Source: Cyanophora paradoxa CCMP329
Taxonomy: Eukaryota; Plantae; Glaucophyta
Direction: 5' to 3'
NCBI GenBank assembly: GCA_004431415.1
Contig: QPMI01000508.1
Location: forward strand, 1-64,000
DNA: 64,000 nt
Shown here: positions 30,359 to 43,745 of the stretch, piece by piece
Position numbering within the stretch: position 1 is the stretch's first letter
Layout: the number at the start of each line of letters is the position of its first letter
Translations under genes and position numbers: made by a program
Notes under the pieces: generated by a model
Databases searched by the model: none
What the model was told of the DNA's origin: nothing
The model's input: only the letters and a program-made list of their open reading frames with translations

Positions 30359-31011
30359 TTGTCCTGCGCATGCGCATGTGCCGTGAGCGCATTATAAATT
30401 AGTATTCGATTCGAATTCGCGACATTCGCATGCGCAAATCTCACGGGCACAGCACGTGCACCTAGACATTAGCAAAATCGCGATGGCGCACCTGCGATTC
30501 GCAGATTTGCGGGCCCGGGGAGCGTTGCACGCAGTTCTAGAAGTTAATTAAGTCTATGAAGGGGGGAGATCTAGAGAAACTTTATAATTAGAGATCAACA
30601 TTAATATGGGAAGACACCGTGGCACTGGGGACATGTGGGCACAGGCCTAGCTCCCCGTCCGCCCCCGCCCGCCCCGCCCGCCCCCGCCCCCCGTCCCGCC
30701 CGATCATGAGAGCCACCCGATGATCTACACCGGTACCGCGCGTATGAGTGCCTACGTACCGCATTCTCCCATGTAAATCTACTTCACTGCCCAAAAGAAG
30801 AGGAATTCTCGAGAGAGGGGATTTACAGAGGAGAAGGAACTCATCATGAGCCTGAAACGTTGTGCAATTATATTACGTACACAGCTTCGAATTCGAATCT
30901 CTTCGCGTACGGTACGCCGGTACGGTACGCGCAGGCGGCATCCGCCTGCGCGCACTTGAATTGTTTTTGCAATTCAACTGGAATCACAACTTACGCGTCG
31001 GACCCCGCGGT

Positions 31012-32990
31012 ACAGGGAGAGACCGCCGCTTCGGATTGGCGGTGCGCGGCCCCGCGTGTGACGTCGATCGCATCTGCATGCGCGCCTTTAACATATCTGC
31101 GGTAGAGCTGCCGGCGCGACCGCCGGACAATTCGCCGCGCGCCGACGCGAGCTCGCGCTCCCATGGCTTTCGCACTCATCAACCGGCTTCTTTCCGACGT
31201 ACTCTCTATTGAGGCGCAGTGTGCCTTTGCGAACGCGGCGCCGGTCGCGAATCCCGCCTTCGCCCCCGCGATCGAATTCGGGCCCTTCGACCGCAGCGCC
31301 GAGCTCTGCCGTCCGCGCCTGCTCACGGCTGCAGCAGCCGGAAATTCCGGAATCAATCTCTTTCTGAGCAAAAAGCGATGCCTTCAGCTCGGTGATCAGC
31401 TTGAACAAGCTCTCAAAGATCTGGAGAATGCTGCAGTGGACGAGAATTGGATAATACCTGCGCCTCATCTTGCTCGAGAATTCCTTCCATCCATCAGGGC
31501 GGCATTGGCTGGGCCCGGGCCTACCTTCGACCCGGAGCAAATCATTGAAATTCTCGCTTACGCAAGGGCTTTCGATCGGATTGTGCGGTCATTGCTGGCC
31601 GGCATGGACGACCCCGTCGCCCCGCCGCCCACTACCCTTCACCGCGCGGCCCTTGCAGCTGTCAAGGACCGGTGCGTGGTAAGAGAATTAAATCAAACCG
31701 AATAAAAAGCGATAGCACGCTCCCTTAGGTGCCTTGCGGTATTTAACTAAGCTGGGCCGGCGCCGCTGCAACAGGTACAAGTCGCTAATTCACTGCACGA
31801 ATATTTATCGGAACGCCTTGAAGGCTGCGGCCGCTCTGGGAGTTGGGCCGGCCGCGGGGCATGGGGCTGCCGGGAGCACTGTCGCCGCCAGCGCGTACGG
31901 GCCCCTCGAAGTGCTCTGCGTGCGTGCTCGCCACTACTCTTCGCCACTGCTCTCTTATAATTATCTGCGGCTCTGCTTATCGTATCAGACATGGCCAATC
32001 GCAATAGAAATTCCTTAACGCTACCGAAGTTATTATATTAATAACCTGCGGCGTGGTTTACTCCTCATCATAACCGCGCCGCAGAAGGATCCTATGCAGC
32101 TCGAGTCGACCTACCGCCGAATGGGCGTCGGCGGTGTCGTTGGCGCGGGGCTCGCAATGGAGGTAGCTCGCCGGTCGAGCCGGCGCGCGCGCAAATCGGT
32201 TTCGAAGTGAGCTTTGCGTGCACGTGGAAGCACTTCGATCGCCGCAGAATGTAAGTAATTTTACTTCGAAATTCATTCTTTTGAATCGCAGTCTTCTGGC
32301 CTTCGGGGCTGCCGGGTTCTTTGTCGGCGGCTTCGTCGCGGGCCTTGGCATTAAGACTGCCCCTCCCAACTTCGGACTCGCTCGTCTCTATTATCCCGCC
32401 ACTCTACTTGAACGCGCGGTGCTCCGCTCCGAGTTATATATACATATGTATTCAATGACCAATGATTGGCATGATTGAACATTAACGTGTTTGGAAGGTG
32501 AATGGAGCTCTGGCCGGAAACGCTCGGCGGTGGGCGGTGGGGCTCTTAATTTCGTGCCTCGACTTCGACTGGAGCTTTCGTGCGTAGCTCAGCGCACACC
32601 TAAGCTCGAGCGATTCCGCATTGAGCTTTCGATGTCAGCCTCGGTCCCAACCTTCGCGCCGCCCATAGCGCCGGCCGCCCCCCCGGCGCCTGCCCCGGCT
32701 CCGCCGACCCCCGTGGTGTCTATGCCTCCGGCATGGAGCTCGAGCTCCGCGCCGGATCAGCCGCCCGCCGCATCGGACGCGAGCTCCGGATCCGACGTCG
32801 ACGCCACCATCCAGGACTTCGTCGATGTACATGTCCCGCAATCGGGCGCGGGGCTGCCGGCGGCGGGCTGACATCGATATTGCAGCTATATAGCAATCTT
32901 GCTGATAGATAAACACGGATCCGGATTTGGTCATGAGCTCGAGGACGAATTTTGATAAACATGCCATGCGATGATGGTTAAGCAGAGCCC
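31012..32990 (+). repeat. Host segmental duplication, copy 2
   Basis: Homologous to 26768-28875. Confidence 0.85.
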
Positions 32991-35042
32991 CGAGGCGGGG
33001 CTTACGATTATGCTGCCGTGGGGGAATTCGAAGGGGAAGGGGCCGGGTTCCTTCCCCTTTTAAAGCATGTCTGCGAGTTGGAAGGACCCGAATTTGCGCT
33101 CTTGCAATCGCTTGAACTTGCGCTCTTGCAATGTGCTAAAGACTTTCATATGATATGATATTCTTGGGGCTTCAAGGCGTGAGGGTGGCCGCTCTTTGTT
33201 TTTAAACGGGGCCCGCAACCGCGAGACTTTTTCTGGTACTCGAAGGTCGACTCGGCGAGATTCGAGGCTAGCGTCCGATCGAGTTCGAATTCGGAGGTAG
33301 TTTAAAAATCTATGAATCATTTGAATGTAATTCGCAGTAATTAGGCTTTGTCTAAATTGCTTATTTTAATTATCTTTCAACTAACGCATCAAGTAAACTT
33401 ATATCCCACATCGTGGCACGCAACGACCCTGTCTCATACAAATTTGCTGGACGGCCACGTGGCGCTCCGTTTATTTGGAAATTATCTCCTAGCGAATTCG
33501 AATGGGGTGCGGCCTCTTCAAATACATATGCGATCGAACCTGCTGGCGCCATCGCGGGGCGGCTTCTAACACCGAGCTTGAGTAAGAGGCAACGGCCGGC
33601 GCCGCTGCAGCCGCGCGCTATAGACCGGCAGCGAGCTCGAGGCAGGCGCACGGCGCGGCATGCGATCTATAGCCAGATCTAGACGCCCGCGCGCGGCCGG
33701 CGGCGGGGCCGCGGGGCGGGGCGGATCCCCCGGATGCGCGGTGGGCGGCGGCTCGGCTCGAAGGCTCGCCAGGCGGGACGGAGGCGCGTGCGGCGGCGGC
33801 ACGGCTCGCCAGGCGGGGCGGAGGCACGGCGGGCGGCAGCGCGGCTCTCTTGATTGCCCCGCCCGGCGAGCCGCGCCTCCGACCGCCGCGCCTTCTCTTG
33901 ATCTCCAGGCGGGGCGAAGGCGCGAATGTCGGCGGTCGGCTTCTCTTGGTCTTGTTCCATTCCAATTTCGCTGCCGCAAGCTATTGAAGTCTGGCCTGCT
34001 CATCATGGCATTCATACGCCTCGATAGCGCTAGCTGCAGTCTGTGGATACTGTTTTTGTTAATTTAGACCGTACCTTGCACATCGATACCCTGAGACGAG
34101 CAGGGGGCGAGGGCGAGTCGAAGACCTTGTGCAACAATGCGAGGTCCGTTTTTGCAGAAATAAAAGAGGTCCGAGCTTATCGGCGACCGCGGCGTCGAGA
34201 TGCGCAGGACAGGGCGGACCGGCGGACCCGCGTATTCGATCTGCCCCGTCGCCTACCGATCCCGGGGCGATATATATAGCTATATATAGCACGCAGCCGT
34301 CCGCTGCGCGCCAGTTGAACAGTGCGTACGCGTATACGTATACGTAGCTATAGCAGCTGGCGTTCCGAAGTTCCGGCGTAGCTAGAAACAGCCGGGCCGG
34401 GCCCGGCCGGGCGGTTCCGGTTCGCGCCACCTGCAGCTGACCGCAGGCCTGCCAGCATTGCAATTTTATTAAATATATACACATATATATAATCCCAGCC
34501 TGAAGTCAACAACAGTGTTAGAGCCGGCTATAGGGAGTATTAGGGACTGGCCATTGCAAGTCTGGCCGGGCCCGGAGGGTCCGGCGCCGATATCGATCTG
34601 CAGCGCTGGCTGGGCCCAGGCTTGCCCTGGATCGCGATCGTTTAACAAGTCAACAGTGGCCTCGAGCTCAGCGTCAGAGCCGGCTATAGGGACTAGCTTC
34701 TGTATATGTATGCCTAACTCATGATCAGGCTACAGCTACGCCGACGCCGCCGCTGGCGCACGCGCACGCAAGACTGCCGAGCGGCCGCGCGGTCGTGGGG
34801 GCCTTTCAAAGTTTTAACGTCCGTGACGTTGACGACTTGAGCGCCGTCAATCTGCGGCTTCGAATTCGAATCGTTTTTTCTGCAATTGTTTTTCGCGCAA
34901 CTCGGTACCCGGTCGATAACCGCTGCTGGTCCGCCGGAGAGCTTCTGGCATCCGCAAGCCAGCGGCAAGCTCGCTCGGACACTCTACGATAGGTTTCCAG
35001 TTGTTCAGGCGGCGGCGGCAGCGGGCGCGGGAAGCAAAGGAC

Positions 35043-36773
35043 ATGGCGGCACAGGCGGCCCGCACACCCGCCCAGATCCTGTCGCCCGTCGGCGGCGCTG
35101 GGATCGCTTACCCGGTGCGCCCAGCCGCCTCTACGGTGCTGGCCCAGTGGCCCAGTGCACGTGGCTGTGCAGATGGCCGGCCAGGCCGGACGCTGTTGGC
35201 CATGGGCACTGCAGCGAGCACGCAGAAGCTCACGCGGGGCCGCGAACAGACGTGGCCGGCCGCTGCGGTGCCGGGGGCGGGCCAGGCGTCGGCCACGGGG
35301 TCGTCGGGTGGCGGGGACGTGCAGTCGCTGGCGGTGGCGCTCCGGAGCTTCCTGGCGACGAAGTACGGCCGCGCAGCGCTCGACCTCTTCCTCTTCTTCC
35401 TCCTCTGCCTCGTCCTGGCGAGCCCAAGAGCCCGCCGCCGCCCCGCCCCGCCCCCGGCGTCCCGTCCCGGCGCGCCGGGCTTACCGCCGAGGGGCGCGCA
35501 GCAAATCGCGAACTTCATGCAGGACTACATCCTGAGCCGCAATCTCGGCATCATCCCGCGCGAGGCCCGCCGCCCCGCCCCGCCCCGCCCCGCCCCGCGC
35601 CGGGGCGGCGGGGGGCGGGGCTGAGGGCGGGCAGGCGGGGGGCCTGGTGGGGATCGTCTTCTGCCACGTCCTCCACTGGGGCTGGAAGCACCTCACCGCG
35701 TCCGCCCCGGCCCCGCCCCGCCCCCCGCCCCCCTCACCCGCCCCGCCAGCAACATGGGCGCCTTCGCGTGGTGTACGCCGCCCCCGCCCGAGGCGGCGCC
35801 GGCGGGGCGCGGGGGCGACGGGGGCGCCGGCAGGCGGGGCGGTGGTCTACATCGACATCGGCTTCAACCGGAAGGAGTTCGTCGTCCTCTCCGCCTTCAT
35901 CGGTACCCCCGGCCCTCCCGCCCCCTCGTCTTCTTCCCACCGACCGGGCGCTCGGCAGCGCTCGTGACGGGGGTCCTCACGTGGATCATCAGCCGCACCA
36001 ACTCCTGCACCGTCGGTACCCCCCCTTTCCCCCATCCCCCCCCAATTCCCCCCCTCCCCCTCCCCCCCCCCTTCTCCCTGCAAACGGGGGCAGGGACGAG
36101 CGGGCTGATCTTCGGGTACATGCTGTGGTGAGGGCGGGGGCCGGGGGCGCGGGGCGCGGGGACGGGCTGAGGCGGGGCAGGATCGTGTCGACGGTCTTCT
36201 TCCACTTCGAGTGGCGGCGGCTGATCCTGGCGGGGGCGACGCTCTTCTTCTGGGGCTCCGCCCTCCTCGGCATCCTCCCCTCCGACGACCCCCGCATCTC
36301 CTGGCAGGCCCGCCCCCCGCCCCCCGCCCCGCCCCGCCCCGCCCCCGCCGAGGCCGGGGCGGCAGGGCCACCTCTCGGGGGCGATCGCCGGCGTCCTCGC
36401 CGCGTGGATGCCGATCTACGGTGCCCAGCCCCGCCCCCTCCCCCCGGCGTGGGGCCGACGGGGGCGCAGCGCACCGGCACTGCCCGGGGGCCCTCCGCTA
36501 CCTCGACCTCCCCGTCAAGGACCCCCGCGAGCCCCAGGCCCCCGGTCCCGCCCCGCCCCGCCCGCCCCGCCCCGCCCCGCCGCCGCGCCCCGCTGAGCGC
36601 GAGCCGCAGACTCGCTCTTCGCGCCGGCGGCGTGGGCGCAGGCGGTCGCCGCCTTCCCCGTCCCCTCCGCCCCGCCCCTCCCCGCCCCGGCCCCCGCCCA
36701 GGAGCGCCCCCGCTTCTCCCTCAAGCGCCTCTTCGGCGGCAAGAAGGGCCCCGACCAGCAGACCGCCCTCTGA
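35043..36773 (+). CDS. Rhomboid-family intramembrane serine protease (multi-exon; start approximate)
   Basis: Spliced peptide has GIIPRE|AGGLVGI, HWGWKHLTAN, GTSGLIFG (catalytic Ser) and ISWQ|GHLSGAIAG (catalytic His). Confidence 0.85.
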
Positions 36774-36885
36774 TCATGTTCGACCCCTGAATGGGGCGCC
36801 ACGCTTGCATGCGCTCCTGGATCTCTATTCTTTCAAGCAGATCTAGAACTGCTTCTGCGCCCTAGAGCATGTGGGTTGGAGGCGT

Positions 36886-39800
36886 TCAGCGCCTGGGGCT
36901 GCGGTCCAGCTGCAGGGAGCCGGGAGCGGGCCCGGCGTGCACCGAGGCGGAGCCCTCGAGGGCGCGCACCTGAGCGAGCTGCGCCAACCGCAGCGTCACG
37001 CGAGAGGGGCGCGGTCAGGGGCGGGTCCGCGCCTGGCCGAGGGCGGGCTGCAGGCCGAAGGCGTCCAGGGCGGCCCGCGCGATGCTCGCCACTTCGACCG
37101 TCTTCCACAGGCGGCCCTCAGGACGAGGACAGGAGGGCGGGGTGCGGCCTTGGGGTGAGGCACCTGGCGGATGGCGGCCGCGGCAGAGGAGAGGGGCCGG
37201 CCCGCTGATATGGACACCAAGTCCCCTTCCTCCTCGCGATCGTCCTCCAACAAATCCTGCGGCGGGAGTCTTGACAGGCGCCTCGCGTTCCGGGCCATGG
37301 CGGGCTGTGGTACCTTGATGGCACGGGCGAGGCTCCAGCGCGCTCCTGGCCCCAGCTCCCGCACCACCACCTGGGCGAGCAGTCGGCGGGGCGAGCTCGA
37401 CAGGGCAGGCGCTGGGGTACCGCGGTATCGGAGGGGATGCCAGCGGCAGCCTTGGCGGCGCGAACGGCAGCGCGCAGGCCGCCCGCCTCGTCGACGAGCC
37501 CAAGCTGCGGGGTATGGATGTCACGTCTCGTCGGCGGCGGGGTTAAGAGAGCAGGAGGTCGCGGGGGGGGGGGGGGGGGGGGGGGGCGACGGGGGAGGGG
37601 GGGGCAGATGGGGGATGGGGGGAAGGGGAGGGGAGGGGGTAGTGGGGGAGAGAGGCGAAGGGGGGGGGGAGGTGTGGAGGGGGGGGGCAGAGAGAGGCGG
37701 CCGCGGGGGGGGAAGAAGGGAAACAATGGGGAAGGGGGGGGGGGAAGGGGGGGGGGGGCAGGCTGAAGGAAAAGGGCACCCGAAGAGCGTCCGCTCCGGT
37801 CCAGGCGCGGCCCTTTGCCAGCTCAAGGGCCCTGCGGGGCGGGTCAAGGGCGGGGACGTCGACTGGGCAGACTTGGCGTGCTGATATCGAGGAGGGGGCG
37901 CGCCGCAGAAATGGCATCTTGCGGCCGTCGGCAACGCGTTGCACGAAGTCCCTGTAGATGCTGCGGCGGCCGTTCCTGAGCTCGCGGAGAAGAGCGGGAC
38001 GGGCCGGCGCCTGCACCGGTCGAGGGAGGCGGCGAGGCGCTCGCGCCCGTGGGCGTCGTAGTCCCACAGGGAGCTCCCAAACTTCGCGCTGCTGTCCCCG
38101 CCCACCGTAACCGTGTCGAAGGCCACCCCCAGTTTTTCCCACGCGTCCCTCAACTGCCGGCGGCTCGTTATCGCTCCCGACGAAAGGGCGGCAAAGGAAC
38201 AAAATGCGCACCACAACCTTGCCGCCGAAAACACCAATGCTGCCTGCTGGGAGCGTCGGGCGGGCCACGCAGTGCGTCTTCCGCGCGTCGCGCGCACCCG
38301 TGATGGTGCCGGGCCACGCAACGATGCTGAACGAATTCGAATTGAAAGAGCGTTCACGCTGGCGTAAACGCGGGAATAAGGTTCTGGTAAGGGCGGGGCG
38401 CACCGGTCGGCATTGGCGGAGATGAAGTATCCGCCGGACGCGGCATAGTTCCCTGCCGCCCTGTCAGGAGCTCGAGGCCGGGAGTACATGCCCAGAAGAG
38501 AGCGCGCGTCGCGCACCCATGGAAATGACGAGAGGCTTGCCGGCGTCGCGGACGAGCTCGGCCGCCCGCGCAATCGAATCGCTCGCCACCACACTGCCCC
38601 CGGGGCTGCGGCGGGCCGGGCCTCGTTCCAACAGCGCTGCGCGGGGCGGCGGGCGGCGCGCCTGTCGACTCTCATAACGACGGCCTCGATGTCTTCATCC
38701 TCTGTCGCCTTCCGAAGGGCGGAGGTCACCTCCTGCGGAGCGTGGGCGGATGCACACCGAGCGGGGCGGGAGAATGGCTCGCGCACGTCTGACCAGCAGC
38801 TCTTGTCGGCGCCGAAGGTGTACTCGGTGTTGCTGCCGAGCTGGATGTCTCCAATCTGCAACGCTATGAGGCTCAGAGTACGGCTAGGCCATCGCGAGCC
38901 ATAGATGTAGAGGCGGGGATTCCCCCGGAATGACTGACCGCGTAAACGATGCCGATCGTCGGGGCGCCCGCCTGCGGCACAGACCGCGATCACGAGGAAG
39001 GCCCCCCGGGGAAAAGTTCTAGTCTAGTCGTGCACAGGCACGCCTTCTCAAGGGCCTCCTGGGCCTGTTCGACGACGGCCTTGTGGTACTGATCCACAGG
39101 CAACAGTCTCACACTCTGTGCGGCTTGTGAGATCGGAAACAGGAAGAGGGAGCAGGGGCCGGCGCGCCGGTGGAGGGACTCCGGATCCGTCGCCGGCGGT
39201 GAGCGCGAGGTCCTTGGCGTGGGCCACTGCCTAGGCGGACTGATTTGAGCTTGCGGTCGCGAAAGGCGCCGGTCGGAATCGGGGGCAGCAGGCCCTATTA
39301 GCTAGGAGAGGCGGCGGGCACCTGGTCGCGGTAGCTTGCCGAGTCGATGAGGGACCGCTGGAGTGCCTCGGGGACGCTGAAAGGGCCCTGCGCATGCGCC
39401 GGCGTCAGCTGCACGCTCGCCGAGCGCTAGCGAAGCGCGCGGGGCGGGGCGCGGCGGGGCGGGGCGGAGTGGAGCGGGGCCGGGGGTGCGCCTCACGGAA
39501 CGCGGCGGCGGCAGCCGCGGTGGTGATACGGCGCCCCTCGGCCACCATAGACAACATCTGCTGGCAAAGTCAGGGCCGGAGAGGGCCGGGAGTCTCTGCC
39601 CGGGCTCCCGCGCCGCGCCTGCGAGTGGGTGCGCTTGAGGAGGTGCTCGGTTGCCTCACGGTGGTGCGGCGTGAAGGCCATCTCGGTCAACGAGTTCGGC
39701 GCGTTCTGCGCATGCGCCGGAATAAATACAAGAGGCCGCCAACGCCGGCGCGGGGGCCGGGCCGAGATAGCCGGGCGGCGCGCCTTGTACTCCCCGCGGG

Positions 39801-40599
39801 CCTCGATGCGCGCCGCGACGCCAATGCGGTCCAGCAGGCGCTTGAGGAACGGCTCGTCGCTGCTCCGGCCCGTGCCGGCCGCGGCCGCGGGAGATCAGCT
39901 GCAACGGTCGGGCCAAGACCGGGGCGCGGGGTGCGATCGGGCCGGGAGAACCTGATAAGCCCGCCAAGGGCCACGTCCCCGGACGGCTGCACGTATATTT
40001 CATCGCAGGCCGTCGCAAGCACGTACGCCTGCGATCGCAAGTCATGAACGACGGCCGCGGGGGCCGCGGCCGCGGGCGCGCACGCGCACCTCGTTCCCGT
40101 TCTGCAGCTCGCCGAAGGTCTCGGCGAAGGCAAGAGAGAACTTCTTGGCGGGTGCGCGCGAGAAGGCGCGGACGGCGTCGTGGAGTTCCTGCGTGACGGC
40201 GAAGCCGACGCCGGGCCCGCCGACGCGGAGCACGAGGCCTCTCACGCGAGGATCCCGCTCCGCGTGCTCCAGGGCGTCCAGGACTTCGCGCAGCACGAGC
40301 GGGTCCCCATCGGACGACAGCAATGCGTCGAACGGGCCCCGCGGCTTGGTCTCAACCAGGCTCCTCCTCATGTCTGGGCCGCGCGCGCGCCGCGCAAGAA
40401 AGTAAGCCGCACGAATGCATTTAGTACGAGCCGGGACTGCACCCAATGTAAGCACACTGCCATCCTCGATGCGCTGGCGATGCGTTTCTAAAGCTGCTGC
40501 CGCGGCACAGCCAAACATGACGGAGGCGCCGAACACGGCGAAACCGCCGATAGCAAAGCGCCGGGCGCGCTGGAATAGTGGCTGTATCGCCTTGAACAT
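36886..40599 (-). CDS. sppA: Signal peptide peptidase SppA (protease IV, S49, 67K type), multi-exon
   Basis: DALEHAERDPRVRGLVL, YVLATACDEIYVQPSG, AVVMRVD, AASGGYFIS, GSIGV, KGRAWTG and LGLVDEAGGL exons. Confidence 0.9.
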
Positions 40600-42661
40600 T
40601 GCTGAAGCTGTCGCCCAATTGCAAGCTTGACCTCAGGAATTTTCGAAGGAGACGACTACTGCTTCGACGCGCTTCGAAGCTCGAACTCGAGCTCTGCATG
40701 TGGCCGCCCACTGGCCGGAGCAGTGCATGCGCGCCGGTTCGCTGCGCCCGTACCGTTTTGCTGCTTCGGTCATCGCTGCAGCGACGCTGCTTTGTCAGTG
40801 GGTATGCTGTTTAACCGTTATGGAAAAAAAGGCGATGAAAGCTAACCGTCGCCGCCGAACCGGCGGCGGGTCCGGCGCCGGGCGCGCGCAGCTCGCGGCG
40901 CCTGAGGGCTGGCGCGCCGTGCATGCAGCTTGCGCATGCTGAGTCATTGCTGACAGGGGTCACATCAGCAGCTGCCCGAGGAGCAGTGAACTGGCGCGCA
41001 ACCTGGCAGCGGTCTCTCCTAGGACTCTCTCTCAGCTCTCTCCCGCGCCGGAGCGCGCGCATAACTGCAGTGTCTTACTCTCGCCTTTCAGATCTAGACT
41101 CGCGGATCGAGATCTGAGATGTTGCACGCGATTGCAAGCCCGATGTTCAGCGCCTCTAGCTACACCCTAGGCGCCGGCCTAGCTCTAGATCTAGGCGGCA
41201 TGGCGAGCTCCCGACTTCTTCAGCTTTCATCTGCATGCGCTGCAGCTGCCTCCCCCCAAATCGCAACTCGAGCTCAGAGCTCGAGCGCATGCGCAGCTTT
41301 GCAGCTGGCGCCGTTAACTATGACTGGCCTCGCCGATCGCGAACGAGGTCGCATAGTGGGCGCTGCCGGCCGCGGCCAAGCTATAGCTGGCCATGGCCTG
41401 TCATGCTCCAGTCGGCAATCACGTGCACCTGCATATGTACGAGAAGCGACACATGATTGTTTCGCGAATACGCGGGCGCAGGTGCGCATGCATACGCAAA
41501 CGCAGCGCACGCGCGGGCGTGTACAGCAGCCTTCGAATTCTATATTTAATGCCGACGACAAATATGCAACGGTTAACGTTATAATTAACAGCTCGAGCGG
41601 CCGCAGGCCGGTATGCGAATTAAAATATTATATATGCATATGTGTGTGTACATGTGTGTGCACGTGTACATGTACGTATACGTGTGTACATGTAATTTAG
41701 CTATAGTACTAGTACTAGTGAGCTGAAGACAAAGCCTTGAAGACCTGTATTAAAGCCGCACTACGTCTGCAGGTCAACGTCAACGCCCTAGCAATGGTCA
41801 GCCTGCGAATGAGCCGCGGACGCATGTTCACGAGCTCGGCGTCGCGCTCTGCGAGCCTCAAGTCTCCGCATCCGTTCGTCTCCTTTGGGCTTGAACGCAG
41901 ACTATTTAATTTTATCTAACAGTTATATGTACGCGCCATGAGAGGATGGGGGGGTACGGAAAATTTGCGGTAGCGCGACGATTACGGCGGCGCAGCGGGC
42001 CAGGTTTCCCACCCGTGGGTTCCTGATAACGCTGCGTGTCAAGCTGCTCGGAAAGTCGCGCGCCAGCTCCACCCGACCCCCGTAGCCAGAACGCGCTAGA
42101 TAGACCAGCCGGGCGTGCACGGACAGCCGACACGAGCACATCATCACCAAGCGCAACCGCCGAAGTCGATAGCCCGCCCCCGGAGCGCCAGGCAGCCCCG
42201 CCAACCTCGCCGCGTCATCTTTTTTGAATTCCACGGACCCCCGGACCCCACCTGCGCCCTGCGCGGAGCGCAAAGCAATCGCCCTGCCTCTCCCGATAGG
42301 AGATAAGAGCTCTTAAGCAACTGAACTGCCGCCCAGTCCCCGCGCATTGCGCCCCGATGCGGACACTCACTCGCAGCTTGTCACACCGCAGACATGAGCC
42401 GATCATCCACGGACGACACACCGGATGTCGCCGCCATGCCCGGCGAACGACGTAGACCGTGCTTGCGCGACGCTCGCCGGCGCCCAGGCCCCGCGGGCCC
42501 ACGCCCCCGCCCCCTTTCCCCCGGACTGGGCCCAAAGGGCGCCCACCTGGACTCCTCCCCCCCGAGGCCGGTACAGAAGCGTGTACGCCCGAGCTCGGAC
42601 CCCCGGCCCCCCCGTCCGCAGTCCGAGCCAGACGAGGCCCGCCCGGACCCGGCCTTCAAGC

Positions 42662-43475
42662 CGGCCCCCGCCCTCCCGCCCCAGCGCCCCGCCCTCGCCC
42701 TCCGGCTCCAGCGCCCCGCCCCCGCCCTCCGGCTCCCGCGCCTCGCCCACGCCCTCCGGCCCCAGCGCCCCGCCCCCACCCATCGGCTTCCGCGCCCCGT
42801 CCCCGCCCTCCGGCTCCAGCGCTCCGCCCCCGCCCTCCGGCTCCAGCGCCCCGCCCCCGCCCTCCGGCTCCCGCGCCCCGCCCCCGGCCTTTGGCTCCCG
42901 CGCCCCGCCCCGCCCCCCAGCCCCAGCGCCCCGCCCCCACCCCGCCCCTGCCCTTCGGCTCCCGCGCCCCGCCCCCGCCCCCAGCTCCAGCGCCCCGCCC
43001 CCGCCCTCCCGCCCCAGCGCCCCGCCCCCGCCCCCAGCTCCAGCGCCCCGCCCCCGCCCTCCGGCTCCAGCGCCCCGGCCCGCCCTCCGGCTCCAGCATC
43101 CTGCCCCCGCCCTCCAGCTCTAGCGCCCCGCCCCCACCCTCCGGCTCCAGCGCCCCGCCCCCGCCCTCCGGCGCCAGCGCCCCGCCCCGCCCTCCGGCTC
43201 CAGCGCCCAGCCCTCGCCCTCCGGCTCCAGCCCCCGCCCCGCCCTCCGGCTCCAGCGCCCAGCCCTCGCCCTCCGGCTCCCGCGCCTCGCCCCCGCCCCC
43301 AGCTCCAACGCCCCGCCCCGCCCTTCGGCTCCGCGCCCCGCCCCCGCCCCCAGCTCCCGCGCCCCGCCCCGCCCTCCGGCTCCAGCGCCCCGCCCCCGCC
43401 CCCGGCTCCAGCGCCCCGCCCCCACCCTCCGGCTCCAGCGCCCCGCCCCGCCCTCCTGCTCCAGCGCCTTGCCCC
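42662..43475 (+). repeat. GC-rich minisatellite, ~27-bp unit CCCTCCGGCTCCAGCGCCCCGCCCCCG
   Basis: Many degenerate tandem copies, which explain the Pro-rich ORFs in all frames. Confidence 0.85.
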
Positions 43476-43745
43476 GCTCCCGGCCCGTCACCCTTCCCGC
43501 CCGCCCCCCAGCTTCCCGATTCCAGTGCCTCACTCCCGCCACCCTCCAGCGCTCCGTGTACCCCACTCCCTGCCCTTCTCCCCCTCCCTACGCCTCGCCC
43601 CCTGCCGACCTCCTGCACCCCGTGCGCCTCGCCTTTCCCCTCCCCTCCTTTTCCACAGGACCAAGGACACCAACGCATCAGGCCCTCCTAAAGCCGCAGA
43701 TCGATAGCTCACAGCTAGGATAAGATAGCAGGATGTCCTCCCTCT

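Noticed and set aside
33030-33062. Hairpin AAGGGGAAGG...CCTTCCCCTT as a terminator or Helitron end
   Set aside because: A single short stem with no supporting context.
42394-43707. Collagen/extensin-like proteins
   Set aside because: These are translations of a minisatellite that is open in all frames, so coding status is unsupported.
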